From assembly GCA_965249485.1 (NCBI GenBank), contig OZ252239.1:576001-640000 (forward strand): a stretch of DNA of 64,000 nt. Reading direction: 5' to 3'. A program made the position numbers and the translations under genes. Origin of the DNA: a bacterium (GTDB lineage: Bacteria > SM23-31). Of this stretch, positions 21,229 to 31,930 are shown piece after piece (the stretch's first letter is position 1; each line of letters begins with the position of its first letter). Under the pieces are notes generated by a model, which saw only the letters and a program-made list of their open reading frames with translations, was not told the DNA's origin and made no database searches.

Positions 21229-21951
21229 TCACCGGCCGCGAATGAGCCGGTCTCCAAGATATTCCGGCAGCTTATTGTCGATTATCTTCTGTCTGGCTGT
21301 TGTTATATCATATTCGAGCCGGATTATCTCTATCACCATGGAATCCGTATCAAGAACGGCAAATGAAAGACGGTAATCACCATCGCGCGGCTGACCAACA
21401 CTTCCGGGATTAATAATGTACCGTTTACCCGGATTTAGTTTCACCGGACCATTTTCGACAGGAATGGATCCCTTTTTTTCATAAACTCCGGGTATATGTG
21501 AATGCCCGACAAAACAGATCCGCTGAGTAAAATAATCGAACTCTTCTTTGGTATCTTCCCACCGGGAAATATATTTCCATGCTTCTGGATCCTGCGGAGC
21601 ACTGTGCACATAGAGAAAGTTATCATCTTCAAAATGGTATGGACATTCCGAAAGATATGTGCGGATATCCATTGACAGCTGAGCACGAGTCCACAAAACA
21701 GCCTGCCTGGCTGCTGTGTTAAAATAGTTAAACTCCGATGTACTAACTGCCACAGCATCATGGTTACCGATTACAGAAACATCTGCCCTATCTTTGACTA
21801 CATGCACGCATGAAACCGGATCGGCACCGTAACCAACCGTGTCACCAAGAACAGCATACAAATCGGGTACTACTTCATTATCAAGATAGTTCAGGCACTT
21901 TTCTAACGCCTCAAGATTTGCGTGTATATCGGAAATGACCGCCAGTTTCAT
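21229..21951 (-). CDS. metallophosphoesterase (calcineurin-like)
   Basis: ISDIHAN, LGDTVGYG, GNHD, GHSH, NPGSVGQPRD. Confidence 0.9.
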   Translation of the reverse strand: MKLAVISDIHANLEALEKCLNYLDNEVVPDLYAVLGDTVGYGADPVSCVHVVKDRADVSVIGNHDAVAVSTSEFNYFNTAARQAVLWTRAQLSMDIRTYLSECPYHFEDDNFLYVHSAPQDPEAWKYISRWEDTKEEFDYFTQRICFVGHSHIPGVYEKKGSIPVENGPVKLNPGKRYIINPGSVGQPRDGDYRLSFAVLDTDSMVIEIIRLEYDITTARQKIIDNKLPEYLGDRLIRGR

Positions 21952-22078
21952 AATTGTTGATACGTAAACGAAGTGAGATTAATCATTACGATGCTTAAGA
22001 TATAATCAGTGATTAAGACGCTGTTCTGAAGATTCGAGGCTCTTCACAATGACAATGAAATTGGTATTTATTCCCCAT

Positions 22079-22492
22079 TTAATGTTCCGAAAACTCAACA
22101 TGCACCGAATCAAGCACACCGTTAATAAACCGAACGCTTTCGGTTGTACTGAATTTTCTTGCTATTTCAAGTGCTTCATTTATCGTTACTTTCGGAGGAA
22201 TATCGGTGCAGTGAAGGAATTCAGTAATCGCAAGACGAAGTATGAGTCTGTCAATCATGGCAATTCTTTCAAATTCCCAATTTTGCGCATGATTTTTTAT
22301 GCAATTTATACATTCATCACGACACTCTTCAGCCAGATTAAGCAAATGAATTGTAAAATCGTTGAGAGAACTGCCGTCCGCTCTCAGGAGGGATGGATCC
22401 TTAATAAGCCTATCTTTTTCCGAGGGATTAATCTCTTGAGCATATAATATCTGAAGCGCTTCTTCTCGTGCTTTTCTTCGTGTGGTTGCCAT
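22079..22492 (-). CDS. nusB: transcription antitermination factor NusB
   Basis: RRKARE.ALQ.LY, DRLILRLA, INEALEIA, FINGVLD. Confidence 0.96.
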   Translation of the reverse strand: MATTRRKAREEALQILYAQEINPSEKDRLIKDPSLLRADGSSLNDFTIHLLNLAEECRDECINCIKNHAQNWEFERIAMIDRLILRLAITEFLHCTDIPPKVTINEALEIARKFSTTESVRFINGVLDSVHVEFSEH

Positions 22493-22596
22493 CGTATCCT
22501 TAAATCATTATCAAAGAACATCAATTACATTGGAATAGTTATTCTATTCGTTCAAATGTTACAAATTATTACCAGTTTGCCGTATGTTTCAAATAT

Positions 22597-23667
22597 TTAG
22601 TCGACGATAACAGTCCAGCCGAAGCGGTCCGCTGCTCTACCGTACTGAATGTCGGTCAATTCTCTGAAAAAGAGTTTTGATGCTTCTCCGGGCTCATCAC
22701 CTATTATGTAAGTTTTATCTTCATAGACAATATTCCCGATCGGGGATATAACTGCTGCTGTGCCACAACCAAAGCACTCTGTCATTGCCCCCGACTTTAT
22801 ATCTTCAATGACCTCATTGATGGATATGGAGAGTTCTTCAACTTCATAACCAAGATCCTTCGCAAGTAAGAGCACCGAATCACGAGTAACACCTTCCAAT
22901 ATCGTCCCCGTTAATTTTGATGTGATAACTTTATTACCGTAGACGAAAAATATATTCATCGATCCCACTTCTTCGATAAAGCGCCGCTCTATCGGATCGA
23001 GCCAGAGTACCTGTTCACACCCCTTTTCAATCGCCATTTTGCCTGCCAAAAGACTTCCAGCATAATTTCCACCAGATTTGGTATTGCCTGTTCCGCTGGG
23101 AGCAGCGCGGACAAATTCTTTCGTGACATAGACGGAAATCGGCAGGAATCCTTTGCTATAATAAGGACCACTCGGGCTCAGAATAATAAAGAATAGGTAG
23201 GTCGATGAAGAGTGGACACTGAGTACAGGATTTGTCGCAATCAATGTAGGACGAATATACAGCGACGTATTATCGACTTTTGGAATCCAATCACGATCCA
23301 TTCTGAGCAATTCAAAAAGTGCCTGTTCATGATCATCAACCGGAATTTCTGGCATACACAACCGTTGAGCGGAATGATTGAGCCGCTTGTAGTTTCTATC
23401 CGGACGAAAAAGACCCGTTTTACCATCTGCTCTGTAATAAGCTTTTAATCCTTCAAATACTTCCTGTGCATAATGAAACACTGAAGAGGCCGGCGAGAGC
23501 GAGAAATTTTCAAATTTTTTAATGACCGGATCATGCCATCCCTCACCATTAGTATAGTTCATCATGAACATGTAGTCGGTAAATACTTCACCGAAATTAA
23601 GTTGTGAATCGTCGGTTGGTTTCTTCTTGAGCTGGCTGTCCGGTATCGATTGAATCTGGATGTTCAT
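22597..23667 (-). CDS. ilvE: branched-chain amino acid aminotransferase
   Basis: HYAQEVFEGLKAY, LYIRP, K.GGNY (PLP Lys), EEVGSMN, ILEGVTR, GTAAVI. Confidence 0.95.
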   Translation of the reverse strand: MNIQIQSIPDSQLKKKPTDDSQLNFGEVFTDYMFMMNYTNGEGWHDPVIKKFENFSLSPASSVFHYAQEVFEGLKAYYRADGKTGLFRPDRNYKRLNHSAQRLCMPEIPVDDHEQALFELLRMDRDWIPKVDNTSLYIRPTLIATNPVLSVHSSSTYLFFIILSPSGPYYSKGFLPISVYVTKEFVRAAPSGTGNTKSGGNYAGSLLAGKMAIEKGCEQVLWLDPIERRFIEEVGSMNIFFVYGNKVITSKLTGTILEGVTRDSVLLLAKDLGYEVEELSISINEVIEDIKSGAMTECFGCGTAAVISPIGNIVYEDKTYIIGDEPGEASKLFFRELTDIQYGRAADRFGWTVIVD

Positions 23668-23808
23668 TTAATACTCCAATGCAGAATCGCCCAGCAATAC
23701 GCATATTGTTTTGTTTAATTGCCACATTTATTCATCTTCAAGAAGTTGAATAAATTTAGTCAAAAACTTACGTTAAGTTACGTTCCATTTCTTTTGCTTT
23801 ACGATACT

Positions 23809-24195
23809 CTAAAAACTATCTAACAGTTTTTGTAATTCTTTTTTAAATTCACGTCTTCCATCGAGATCAAGCCGTTCATGCAAACTCTCAACAATAGTCC
23901 TAATTGTTTTCTTCCGGTCTTTATCAAAAGGAACGAGCTTTACAATCTTTTTGGTCTTTCCTTGAGAGACGGTACGGATATTTCCTTTTAACTCTGTTTT
24001 ATTCCCGTAGAGAGCTTGAATTATTCTCTCAAGTAGCAGGACAACTTCGTCACGATCTACATTTCGGAACTCACCCATGATCCGGAGAATGAGCTCTAGT
24101 CCGTTATTATTTTCATCGACCGACTCTACTCTGCAGACGGTCCGTTCTCCGTATCTGTCAATTGTTTCATTCATAATTGGTTTGTTACTTAGCAT
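23809..24195 (-). CDS. hypothetical protein, 128 aa
   Basis: overlaps the MBL stop and lies in the same operon; no motif recognised. Confidence 0.65.
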   Translation of the reverse strand: MLSNKPIMNETIDRYGERTVCRVESVDENNNGLELILRIMGEFRNVDRDEVVLLLERIIQALYGNKTELKGNIRTVSQGKTKKIVKLVPFDKDRKKTIRTIVESLHERLDLDGRREFKKELQKLLDSF

Positions 24196-25036
24196 TATTT
24201 ACTTCGACCTGTTTAAGGACAACTCCCGAATCCGTCTCCTTCAGATACCCCGCTCTCATGCGGGGTGAATGCGGAAAAATAACAAGCCACTCTTCATCAA
24301 TCGCGCGCTTTATACACTTTTTTTTGTATTCCAGTGTATCCAGAGGATTAGTATCGTACCCCATAATGTATGGAACCTTAAGATGGCTCGCAGTTGGGAT
24401 GATATCTCCGCAATAACACGCTTTATTTCCTTCTGATTCAATAAGAACCATCTGATGAAACGGTGTATGTCCACCTGTTATCTCAACAGTTATGCCGGGA
24501 AAAATCTCCTGATTTCCATTCAGGAAATTTACTTTTCCATACTTATTTAGCGGCAGAATGTTATCCGGAATATAGCTGGCTCTTGTCCTTTCATTCGGAT
24601 TAGTCGCGAAATCCCATTCTCCCTCTTGAATGAAATAGACCGCATTCGGGAATGCAGGTATTAGCTCACCGCTGTCATTTAGCTCAACTGCACCACCTGA
24701 ATGGTCAAAATGTAGATGTGTTAAAAGTACTCCAGTAATATCATTTTTTCCAATACCAAGCTTTGAGAGACTATTAAGTAAATTGTCACTTCTTTTGAGA
24801 CAAAGAATATCACTATTTTTTTCATCCCATTTGTCTCCTATTCCGGTATCGACGAGGATGATTTCATTATCAAAACGGATAATTAGCGGATTCAGACTGA
24901 GCAGAATTCTGTTACGGTCATCCGCAGGGTCTTTTTTATCCCAGAGCGGCTTCGGCACAACACCAAACATCGCCCCACCATCAAGTTTGAAATAGCCATC
25001 CCACGCTATTTGGAGTTCAAATTTACCAAGTTTCAT
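24185..25036 (-). CDS. MBL-fold metallo-hydrolase (YtnP-like)
   Basis: LDGGAMFGVVPK, THLHFDHSGG, GGHT, GDI. Confidence 0.9.
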   Translation of the reverse strand: MKLGKFELQIAWDGYFKLDGGAMFGVVPKPLWDKKDPADDRNRILLSLNPLIIRFDNEIILVDTGIGDKWDEKNSDILCLKRSDNLLNSLSKLGIGKNDITGVLLTHLHFDHSGGAVELNDSGELIPAFPNAVYFIQEGEWDFATNPNERTRASYIPDNILPLNKYGKVNFLNGNQEIFPGITVEITGGHTPFHQMVLIESEGNKACYCGDIIPTASHLKVPYIMGYDTNPLDTLEYKKKCIKRAIDEEWLVIFPHSPRMRAGYLKETDSGVVLKQVEVNNAK

Positions 25037-25140
25037 TTCAATAAATCTACGAAATCAACTGCAAATTCAAGAAACTGCGATCTTGTACAGTATACTAGTG
25101 AGCTAATTGTATCGGGAGTTAAATAAATTTCTGCTAAATA

Positions 25141-26166
25141 TTACAGCTTTTGTTTCAATTTACGTTCAGCCCGATTGTTATAAGATTTTTCTGCAACATT
25201 GTTAGAACCGCCGGCATTATATTCATCATATGCATTGATTATATCTTTCACAAGACGGTGTCTGACTACATCCGTAGATTCAAGATAGTTAAATGCAATT
25301 CCCTCAATACCTTTGAGAACATGTTGAATCTGAATCAGCCCCGATTGCGTTTTGTCGAGCAGATCGACCTGCGTAATGTCTCCGGTGATTATTGCAAGCG
25401 AGTTTGCCCCAAGCCTTGTCAAAAACATTTTCATTTGCAGCGTGGAGCTATTTTGTGCTTCATCTAATATTACAAATGCATTATTTAGCGTTCTTCCGCG
25501 CATATAGGCAAGCGGAATTATTTCAATAGTATTATTTTCCAGCATTTTCTTCAGTTTTTGGGGTGCGATCATATCATTGAGTGCATCATAGAGCGGCCAT
25601 AAATAAGGTTCTATTTTCTCCTTCAGATCTCCTGGCAGATAGCCGAGACTCTCACCCGCTTCTACAGCGGGACGTGATAAAATAATCTTTTTGACTTTTT
25701 TGCTCAGGAGATACTGCACTGCCATCGCAACAGCAAGATACGTTTTGCCAGTTCCGGCAGGTCCGATCGCAAACACAATTTCGTTTTTCTCTACGCATCT
25801 GAAGTAATTCCGCTGGCCTTCTGTTCTCGGTTTAATGAAATCGCTATCGGTAAAAAGAATTACTTCATCGAGTTCTTCTTTTGTGTGTTCCGGTGGCGTT
25901 TCAATCTGCACAAGCCGAATCGCTGTTTCAACATCCTGCCTATCGAGCTTCTTGAATTTATTGATATGAAAAATAAGCTCTGAGAGCAGATTCTCGATGT
26001 TGTTAACAGTATCTTCGCTGCCTGAAAGGTGAACATTACTCCCTCTGACAGTAATTGTTGCATCAAAATGATCCTGAATTGTTTTCAAGTTGGTGTCGTT
26101 CATCCCCAGAAAAATCATCGGGTCGATACCGTGTAGATCAAATGTTTTTTTCAGTTTGTTCATCAC
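25141..26166 (-). CDS. phoH: PhoH-family ATPase
   Basis: GPAGTGKTYLA, RPAVEAGE.LGYLPG, AYMRGRTL, DEAQN, VVRH.LV. Confidence 0.93.
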   Translation of the reverse strand: MMNKLKKTFDLHGIDPMIFLGMNDTNLKTIQDHFDATITVRGSNVHLSGSEDTVNNIENLLSELIFHINKFKKLDRQDVETAIRLVQIETPPEHTKEELDEVILFTDSDFIKPRTEGQRNYFRCVEKNEIVFAIGPAGTGKTYLAVAMAVQYLLSKKVKKIILSRPAVEAGESLGYLPGDLKEKIEPYLWPLYDALNDMIAPQKLKKMLENNTIEIIPLAYMRGRTLNNAFVILDEAQNSSTLQMKMFLTRLGANSLAIITGDITQVDLLDKTQSGLIQIQHVLKGIEGIAFNYLESTDVVRHRLVKDIINAYDEYNAGGSNNVAEKSYNNRAERKLKQKL

Positions 26167-26191
26167 ATTGGATTGTATGTTGCTTACAAAT

Positions 26192-26232
26192 AAAAAAGGC
26201 TCATAGTTTCGAAAAACATATGAACCTTTTTT
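26192..26232. terminator. bidirectional intrinsic terminator after the LysM gene
   Basis: AAAAAAGG-CTCATA...TATGAA-CCTTTTTT stem flanked by A and T runs. Confidence 0.6.
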
Positions 26233-26317
26233 GACTAAAGTCTTATTAACCAGCTATGTCTAAATTGTATGAACAGCAGGTATTACCTCATTTTTCGAAA
26301 TTTCGTTCTCGCTTATC

Positions 26318-27163
26318 TTAACGAGTTATTAGAATCATATGAGGATAAATTACATCCTGATTCTCGATTACGCTCCGGTTGAGCTCATAAAGCCGCGTCC
26401 ACTGGAACGGATCATTGAATACATTTCTGTATCCGGCGATTTTAGAGAGATATTCGCCACGCATCACAAGGTGTTCATTGTCGAGAACGTCCTGGAAAAT
26501 TTTAAATTCCTGTCCCGGAAAGATAAGATCGGGATTACTGATGATATCACGATTCTTTGTGTAAATGCGGATCCATTGAAACGGATCGTTGTATACACTC
26601 GGTTTTTTTGCGATTCTCCAAAGATGATCACCGCGCATGACCGAATAGATATCAAATGCCGGTTGAGCATTTTCAAGAGCATCTTCCAGCCGTGATCTCA
26701 ATCTTCTCAGGTCTCTGAGGATTGCCGCTGCTTCCGGGTGCCGTGCTGCACGTGCCCCGGCAAGTTCGTCAAGACGGCTAAATAAATTGGCAACCTCATC
26801 CTGACGTTTGAATAGTTCGCCCGGTGAAAGGTTTAAGAGTCCGTTGATTTGTCTCTGGATACTGTTCAGTTCCGAAAGATAGCTGTCGAATTCTCGTTCG
26901 GACATGCCGATCGCCCGCCAGATATCATTATCGATATCTTCAATTTCACTGTTCAGTTCATCAAGCCGTGCCCGAAGTGCTGCGATTTCCTCTTCACATT
27001 CCTGAATGCGAGCTTGTGCAGCTTCTTCTCTTTGCTGCCATTCCGATAGCTGCATCTGATATTCATCATAGCGTAGCCGTTCTTGAGCGAAAATGGGGTC
27101 TGTGCTGAACATACTCAATGCTACGGCACATGTTAAAGCTATTAAGATAATTGTTGATTTCAT
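26318..27163 (-). CDS. secreted coiled-coil protein with two C-terminal LysM domains
   Basis: signal peptide; heptad region; YSVMRGDHLWRIA...NPDLIFPGQ and HLVMRGEYLSKIA...VIYP. Confidence 0.88.
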   Translation of the reverse strand: MKSTIILIALTCAVALSMFSTDPIFAQERLRYDEYQMQLSEWQQREEAAQARIQECEEEIAALRARLDELNSEIEDIDNDIWRAIGMSEREFDSYLSELNSIQRQINGLLNLSPGELFKRQDEVANLFSRLDELAGARAARHPEAAAILRDLRRLRSRLEDALENAQPAFDIYSVMRGDHLWRIAKKPSVYNDPFQWIRIYTKNRDIISNPDLIFPGQEFKIFQDVLDNEHLVMRGEYLSKIAGYRNVFNDPFQWTRLYELNRSVIENQDVIYPHMILITR

Positions 27164-27230
27164 TTTTAGTGAACTCCTTTACTGGTACCAATCGTTGCAG
27201 TGTAAGAATGAAATATTTATAATAAAAATG

Positions 27231-27485
27231 CTACTGAACTGCATCCAAGATATCTTCTTTTTCCTCCAACTCACGTTCTTTGTCAGCAACTTCGCGCTCA
27301 AGATTGCTTTTTTCTCTTTCAAGCTCTTCGACACGCCGCTCTGCAGAAAGTGCTGCCTGCCGCTGATTTTCGAGCCTGTCTAAATCATTTTGATTGGCGT
27401 ACCGCGTACAGCCACCAAATGCAAACATTAAACCTGTAAGCACTATACCCATGATTAATGTAGTATTTCTGAATTTCAGTTTCAT
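27231..27485 (-). CDS. small coiled-coil lipoprotein, 84 aa
   Basis: AAAGGAGG before ATG 27485; lipobox FGGC; mature part is a single charged heptad helix. Confidence 0.8.
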   Translation of the reverse strand: MKLKFRNTTLIMGIVLTGLMFAFGGCTRYANQNDLDRLENQRQAALSAERRVEELEREKSNLEREVADKERELEEKEDILDAVQ

Positions 27486-27557
27486 GAAACAGACACCTCC
27501 TTTTGTGGCAAAAACCAGGTACAATATTAAAAATATGAAGATAATATCGGTAAAATA

Positions 27558-27586
27558 AACATACTAAAAATGCAAATTATTGTCAA
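27558..27586 (-). promoter_or_regulatory. sigma70-type promoter of the lipoprotein-LysM operon
   Basis: minus strand TTGACA-17nt-TATGTT. Confidence 0.5.
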
Positions 27587-27606
27587 GTGAAAAAATAAAT
27601 TTTATC

Positions 27607-30600
27607 TCAGTAATCATCTATATTTTCTAAATTCGGGCGCGTTTTCAGCGATTTCACCCCAAATAGAAGTTTCAAATCATCAACACCTGCCACAAGACAT
27701 GGAATAATAAACAGAGTGAAAATTGTTGAGAAAAACAGACCTCCGACAATCACCGTAGCAAGTGGTCCCCACGTTGCAGATTTTCCTGCAAGGCCAACCG
27801 CCATGGGCAGAAGTCCGACAATAGTCGTGACCGACGTTAAAATAATCGGCCGCAGCCGAACCGAACCGGCAAGGAGAATAGAGTGCCATCTGTTGCTACC
27901 TGTCTGTCGCGCATTGTTAATAAAACTGATGAGAACAAGCGCGTCGTTGACAACAATGCCGGAAAGTGCTACGATTCCATACATTGTTGCAATTGTGAAC
28001 GGACTTTGGATCAGTACCAGTCCGGCAATTGCCCCAATGAAAGCAAAGGGAATTGTATATAAAATGATAAACGGCTGAATAAATGAAGCAAACTGACCTC
28101 CCAGAATGATATACATAAGGAGTATACCGAGCGCAAATAGTTTCCATATGCCACTCATTGTCTCTTCGAATTCGGCAAACTCACCTCCGAATTTTAATGA
28201 ATAACCGGGATGCCGTGCGCCTAGATCACTGAATATTTCCATTATTTCTCTATTAATTGCATTCGTGTTTGCCTTTGACTGGTCAATATTCGCGGTGACG
28301 GTTATTGTCCGTTCTCTATCTGTCCGCTTTATAGCTGTTATGCCCGGCTCAATTGTGAAACTGGCAATGTCTTTGAGCGGTACCAATATGTTACCTGGCG
28401 CTGCAATCCGCATATTTTCAAGATCGTCAAGGCTGTTTCTCGATTCTGATTTGTATTTTACGATGACATCAATTTCTTCATCGAGTTTTTTGAATTTCGT
28501 AGCAATTACACCGTCAAATGCCGTGCGCACTGTTGAGGCAACCTGAAATATATCAAGACCGTAGAGTGAAGCACGCTCCTCGTCTACTTTTATCTTCAAT
28601 TCCTTTTTACCGAAATTGTAATCGTCACGGATATCATACACGCCATCAAATCTGGCAAGTGCAATCTTTAATTCATCAGCAATAATTTGCAGCTGCTGAT
28701 AATCTTGCCCACGGGCTTTTATTTCGATAGGTGACCCGACAGGTGGTCCTGTGTACACTTTAGCAAATTCAACCGATTGCATTCCGGAAATTCCTGCAGT
28801 TTTTGCTCGAAGCTCCTCAATATAATACAGTATTGCATTTTCTCGCAAATCTTCGTCTATGAATTCGATAGCGAGTTGACCAACACTTGGTTTCAAAAAC
28901 CATTCACTGTCAGTCTGCATTACACCGGTATTGGTTACTACGGCGACAAGATCCGATTCAGGCAGGGTCAGCGCCTGTTTTTCCAATTGACTCATTACGC
29001 GATCGGTCTCTTCGAGCCGGGTGCCTTCCGGCATGGTAACCCGGACAAAGAACAGCGGCACCTCGTCTCCGGCGAACATATCTACACCTAAATAGAGTAC
29101 TAATACGGCTATGCAGACAAAAAACAGGAGCGTAACTGTAACAACTGCAATATGGCGGATACGTAGCAATTTTTTTAGCAGCCTGATATATCTGCGGCGG
29201 ATTTTAACAAAAATTCTGGTTCGCTTATGATTGTTATGATGGTTTCTCCCGCTCCATTCGGCAACATGTGACGGAAGTATAAAAAATGATTCTATAAGTG
29301 ATGCGATAAGCGCGAGACTGACAACAATGGGCATCACTTTAAAAAACTCTCCGAGAATTCCCGGAACCAGCATCAGTGGTAGAAAGGCGGCAACGGTAGT
29401 TGCTGTTGCAGCAAGAACAGGAGTCATAACTTCCTTTGTGCCGATTATAGCTGCTTTTGCTGGTGAGTACCCTTTTTGTATGTATCGAAAACAATTTTCA
29501 ATGACTATGATGGCATCGTCAACAATTATTCCAAGAACGAGTACGAGACCAAACAGCGAAGTTCCGTTAAGCGAGTTACCGGTAACATTGAGAAAAATAA
29601 AAGTAGCCATGAACGTAACCGGAATGCCTATGGCTGCAAACACCGCATTTCGCCAGCCGATAAACATCCAAAGAATCAGCAATACCATGATCAGACCGAT
29701 ATATGCATTCGATTCCAGAACATTGAGTAGTTTTTTAACCGGTGTGGACATGTCACTGGTAAAACTCAGCGTAACATTTTCGGGGAGAGTCCGCTGCCGC
29801 TGGTCAATGAGATTTCTTATTTCATCAACAAGTGTAATGACATTACCTTCCTTCTTTTTAGCAACTGTTATTGTAAATGCGGTTTTGCCATCCAACCGGC
29901 CAAAGTTGTTTGCTTCCTCAAGAGTATCAATTACTGCGGCAATATCCTTTACTGCAACTTGACCCTCTCCGACACTTCTTTTGATTATGACATTTTCCAG
30001 CTCTTCGGCCTCATCCACTTCTCCGACTGTTCGAAGAATATATTCTGACCGTCCAACATCCATTTTGCCGCCGGGCAGGTTAAGGTTTTTCATTGCGATG
30101 CTGTTGACAACTTGATTGAGAGCAAGATTATAGCTATTGAGACGCTCGGGATCAACTTCAACCCAAATCTCCTCGTCTCGTGCACCGCCGAGTTCCGCGC
30201 GGGCAACATTTTTGAGATCAAGAATGTCATCCCTGAGATCTTCCGCTATATCGATCATCTCCCGTTCCGGCAGCGTGCCACTTACAACAACAAAGAGCAT
30301 CGGCATGAGATCGTCACTCCCGAATTCGAGATAATTCGGCCCTTCTATCAAATCTTCACTCGGCAAATCGTCTATAGCATCGATTTCCGATTTTAGGTCC
30401 TGATACAGTTTGTCATACTCGTCTTCACCCATGTTTTCGAATTGAATACTGATTTGTGACAGTCCTTCTGCAGATACTGAAGTCGCCATTTTAATCTTGT
30501 CAACATTATTAATTGCATCTTCGATTGGTACCGTAATAAGCTTTTCGATTTCGTCGGGACTGACTCCTTCGTACGATGTTATAACATAGACCCAGTGAAA

Positions 30601-30723
30601 ATCGACATCTGGCATTAACGTCCGAGGCAGGTCCAACAGTGAATCGGTCCCCATCACAATGACCGTCATCATAATCAGATTTACCAGAACCGGATTTTTG
30701 ACTGAAAATTTTACTATATTCAC
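27607..30723 (-). CDS. RND efflux permease (AcrB/AcrD/AcrF family)
   Basis: 1038 aa; GIIVDDAIIVIEN (TM4); RLRPIILTSVTT. Confidence 0.95.
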   Translation of the reverse strand: MNIVKFSVKNPVLVNLIMMTVIVMGTDSLLDLPRTLMPDVDFHWVYVITSYEGVSPDEIEKLITVPIEDAINNVDKIKMATSVSAEGLSQISIQFENMGEDEYDKLYQDLKSEIDAIDDLPSEDLIEGPNYLEFGSDDLMPMLFVVVSGTLPEREMIDIAEDLRDDILDLKNVARAELGGARDEEIWVEVDPERLNSYNLALNQVVNSIAMKNLNLPGGKMDVGRSEYILRTVGEVDEAEELENVIIKRSVGEGQVAVKDIAAVIDTLEEANNFGRLDGKTAFTITVAKKKEGNVITLVDEIRNLIDQRQRTLPENVTLSFTSDMSTPVKKLLNVLESNAYIGLIMVLLILWMFIGWRNAVFAAIGIPVTFMATFIFLNVTGNSLNGTSLFGLVLVLGIIVDDAIIVIENCFRYIQKGYSPAKAAIIGTKEVMTPVLAATATTVAAFLPLMLVPGILGEFFKVMPIVVSLALIASLIESFFILPSHVAEWSGRNHHNNHKRTRIFVKIRRRYIRLLKKLLRIRHIAVVTVTLLFFVCIAVLVLYLGVDMFAGDEVPLFFVRVTMPEGTRLEETDRVMSQLEKQALTLPESDLVAVVTNTGVMQTDSEWFLKPSVGQLAIEFIDEDLRENAILYYIEELRAKTAGISGMQSVEFAKVYTGPPVGSPIEIKARGQDYQQLQIIADELKIALARFDGVYDIRDDYNFGKKELKIKVDEERASLYGLDIFQVASTVRTAFDGVIATKFKKLDEEIDVIVKYKSESRNSLDDLENMRIAAPGNILVPLKDIASFTIEPGITAIKRTDRERTITVTANIDQSKANTNAINREIMEIFSDLGARHPGYSLKFGGEFAEFEETMSGIWKLFALGILLMYIILGGQFASFIQPFIILYTIPFAFIGAIAGLVLIQSPFTIATMYGIVALSGIVVNDALVLISFINNARQTGSNRWHSILLAGSVRLRPIILTSVTTIVGLLPMAVGLAGKSATWGPLATVIVGGLFFSTIFTLFIIPCLVAGVDDLKLLFGVKSLKTRPNLENIDDY

Positions 30724-30806
30724 GTGCTGTCCCGCTTTATGTAAGTTAATATTATATTTTTGTCCTGCCGAACACCGCTGTGTGTGCTGTGCACTCGGCT
30801 GCTGTG

Positions 30807-31929
30807 TTATTGATTTTGAATACGGACTCGGCTGTTGTCCTCTAAAGTGTATTGCCCTGCAACAACAATCTTTTCACCAACCGTCAGACCGGACACTATT
30901 TGAATATCACTACCCGATTCCTTCCCGAGTACAACAGCCCTCTTCTTTACATTTATTACCGTTGACGACGAATACAACCTTTTCGCCAAACCTCTCGATC
31001 ACTGCGTCCTGTGGAATCAAAACAACATCTTTAAGAACACCTAATTCTATTGTAACACGGGTTATCATTCCCGACTTGAGCTGCCCGTTTCTGCCATTCG
31101 GCACTATAACCTCAATAGGAAAGGTGTGGGATTGAGCACTAGCTTCCGGGCTTACAGCATATATTTTTCCTGTAAATGGTTGATTAGGATATGCATCAGC
31201 TTGAATCAATACAGGCATATTCTGTTTCAGGTATACAATATCCTGCTCAGAAACGTTAATGTCTATTTTTATTGTTTCTATGTCCACTACTTTTACTATT
31301 GGTTGATGAACCGATACAATACTGCCGGTTTCAACGTTTCTCTCAGCAATATGACCACTGATCGGACTGGTGATTTTTGTATTTCTGACCTGCCGCTGAG
31401 CGCTTTGAACTGCTGCTTCATTACTCAGAAAGACAGATCGCGCAAGTTCATGCTGCACACGAATGTTTTCGAACTCATCCTCTGAAATTTCTTCATTTTG
31501 CCGTAAAACAGCGTATCTATCGAGGTCTAATTTCGCTTTTTCAAATGCTGCTGAGGCATTTATGAGTTGTGCTTCGACCTGATCCAAAGCAAGATTAGGC
31601 AGCTCATCATCAATGAGTGCGATGACGGAACTTTGCTGCACATAGTCGCCTAATTCAGCGAAGACATTAACTGTTTTTCCGGATATTTCAGTTGCAACAA
31701 TGACCGATTGAAACGGTTTAGTCACACCGGTTTCCGTTATAGTGGTGACAATATCTCCTGTCAAAACGTCGGCAATTTCGACTGGAACTTCCTGCTTCTC
31801 TTCTTGAGGTATCGCACTTGAATTTGTTGTAGAGTCAGCAGTAGATTCTGTATTTACAAATTGCATAAAAATAGTGATGACCGCGAGTACACCAATCATT
31901 ATTATTGCAAAAAAATATGGCCGTTTCAT
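30807..31929 (-). CDS. RND periplasmic adaptor (MFP), +1 frameshift near 30953
   Basis: ITSPISG, LKSGM; the C-terminal VVLG...IVSGL..GEKIVVAGQ..L lies in the adjacent frame (30807-30989); removing one base gives 373 aa. Confidence 0.9.
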
Positions 31930-31930
31930 T

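Noticed and set aside
18575..21376. Many plus-strand ORFs of 60-190 aa opposite secA (similar ones opposite murA, both RND genes and der)
   Set aside because: These are antisense shadows of long conserved genes with no motifs or RBS.
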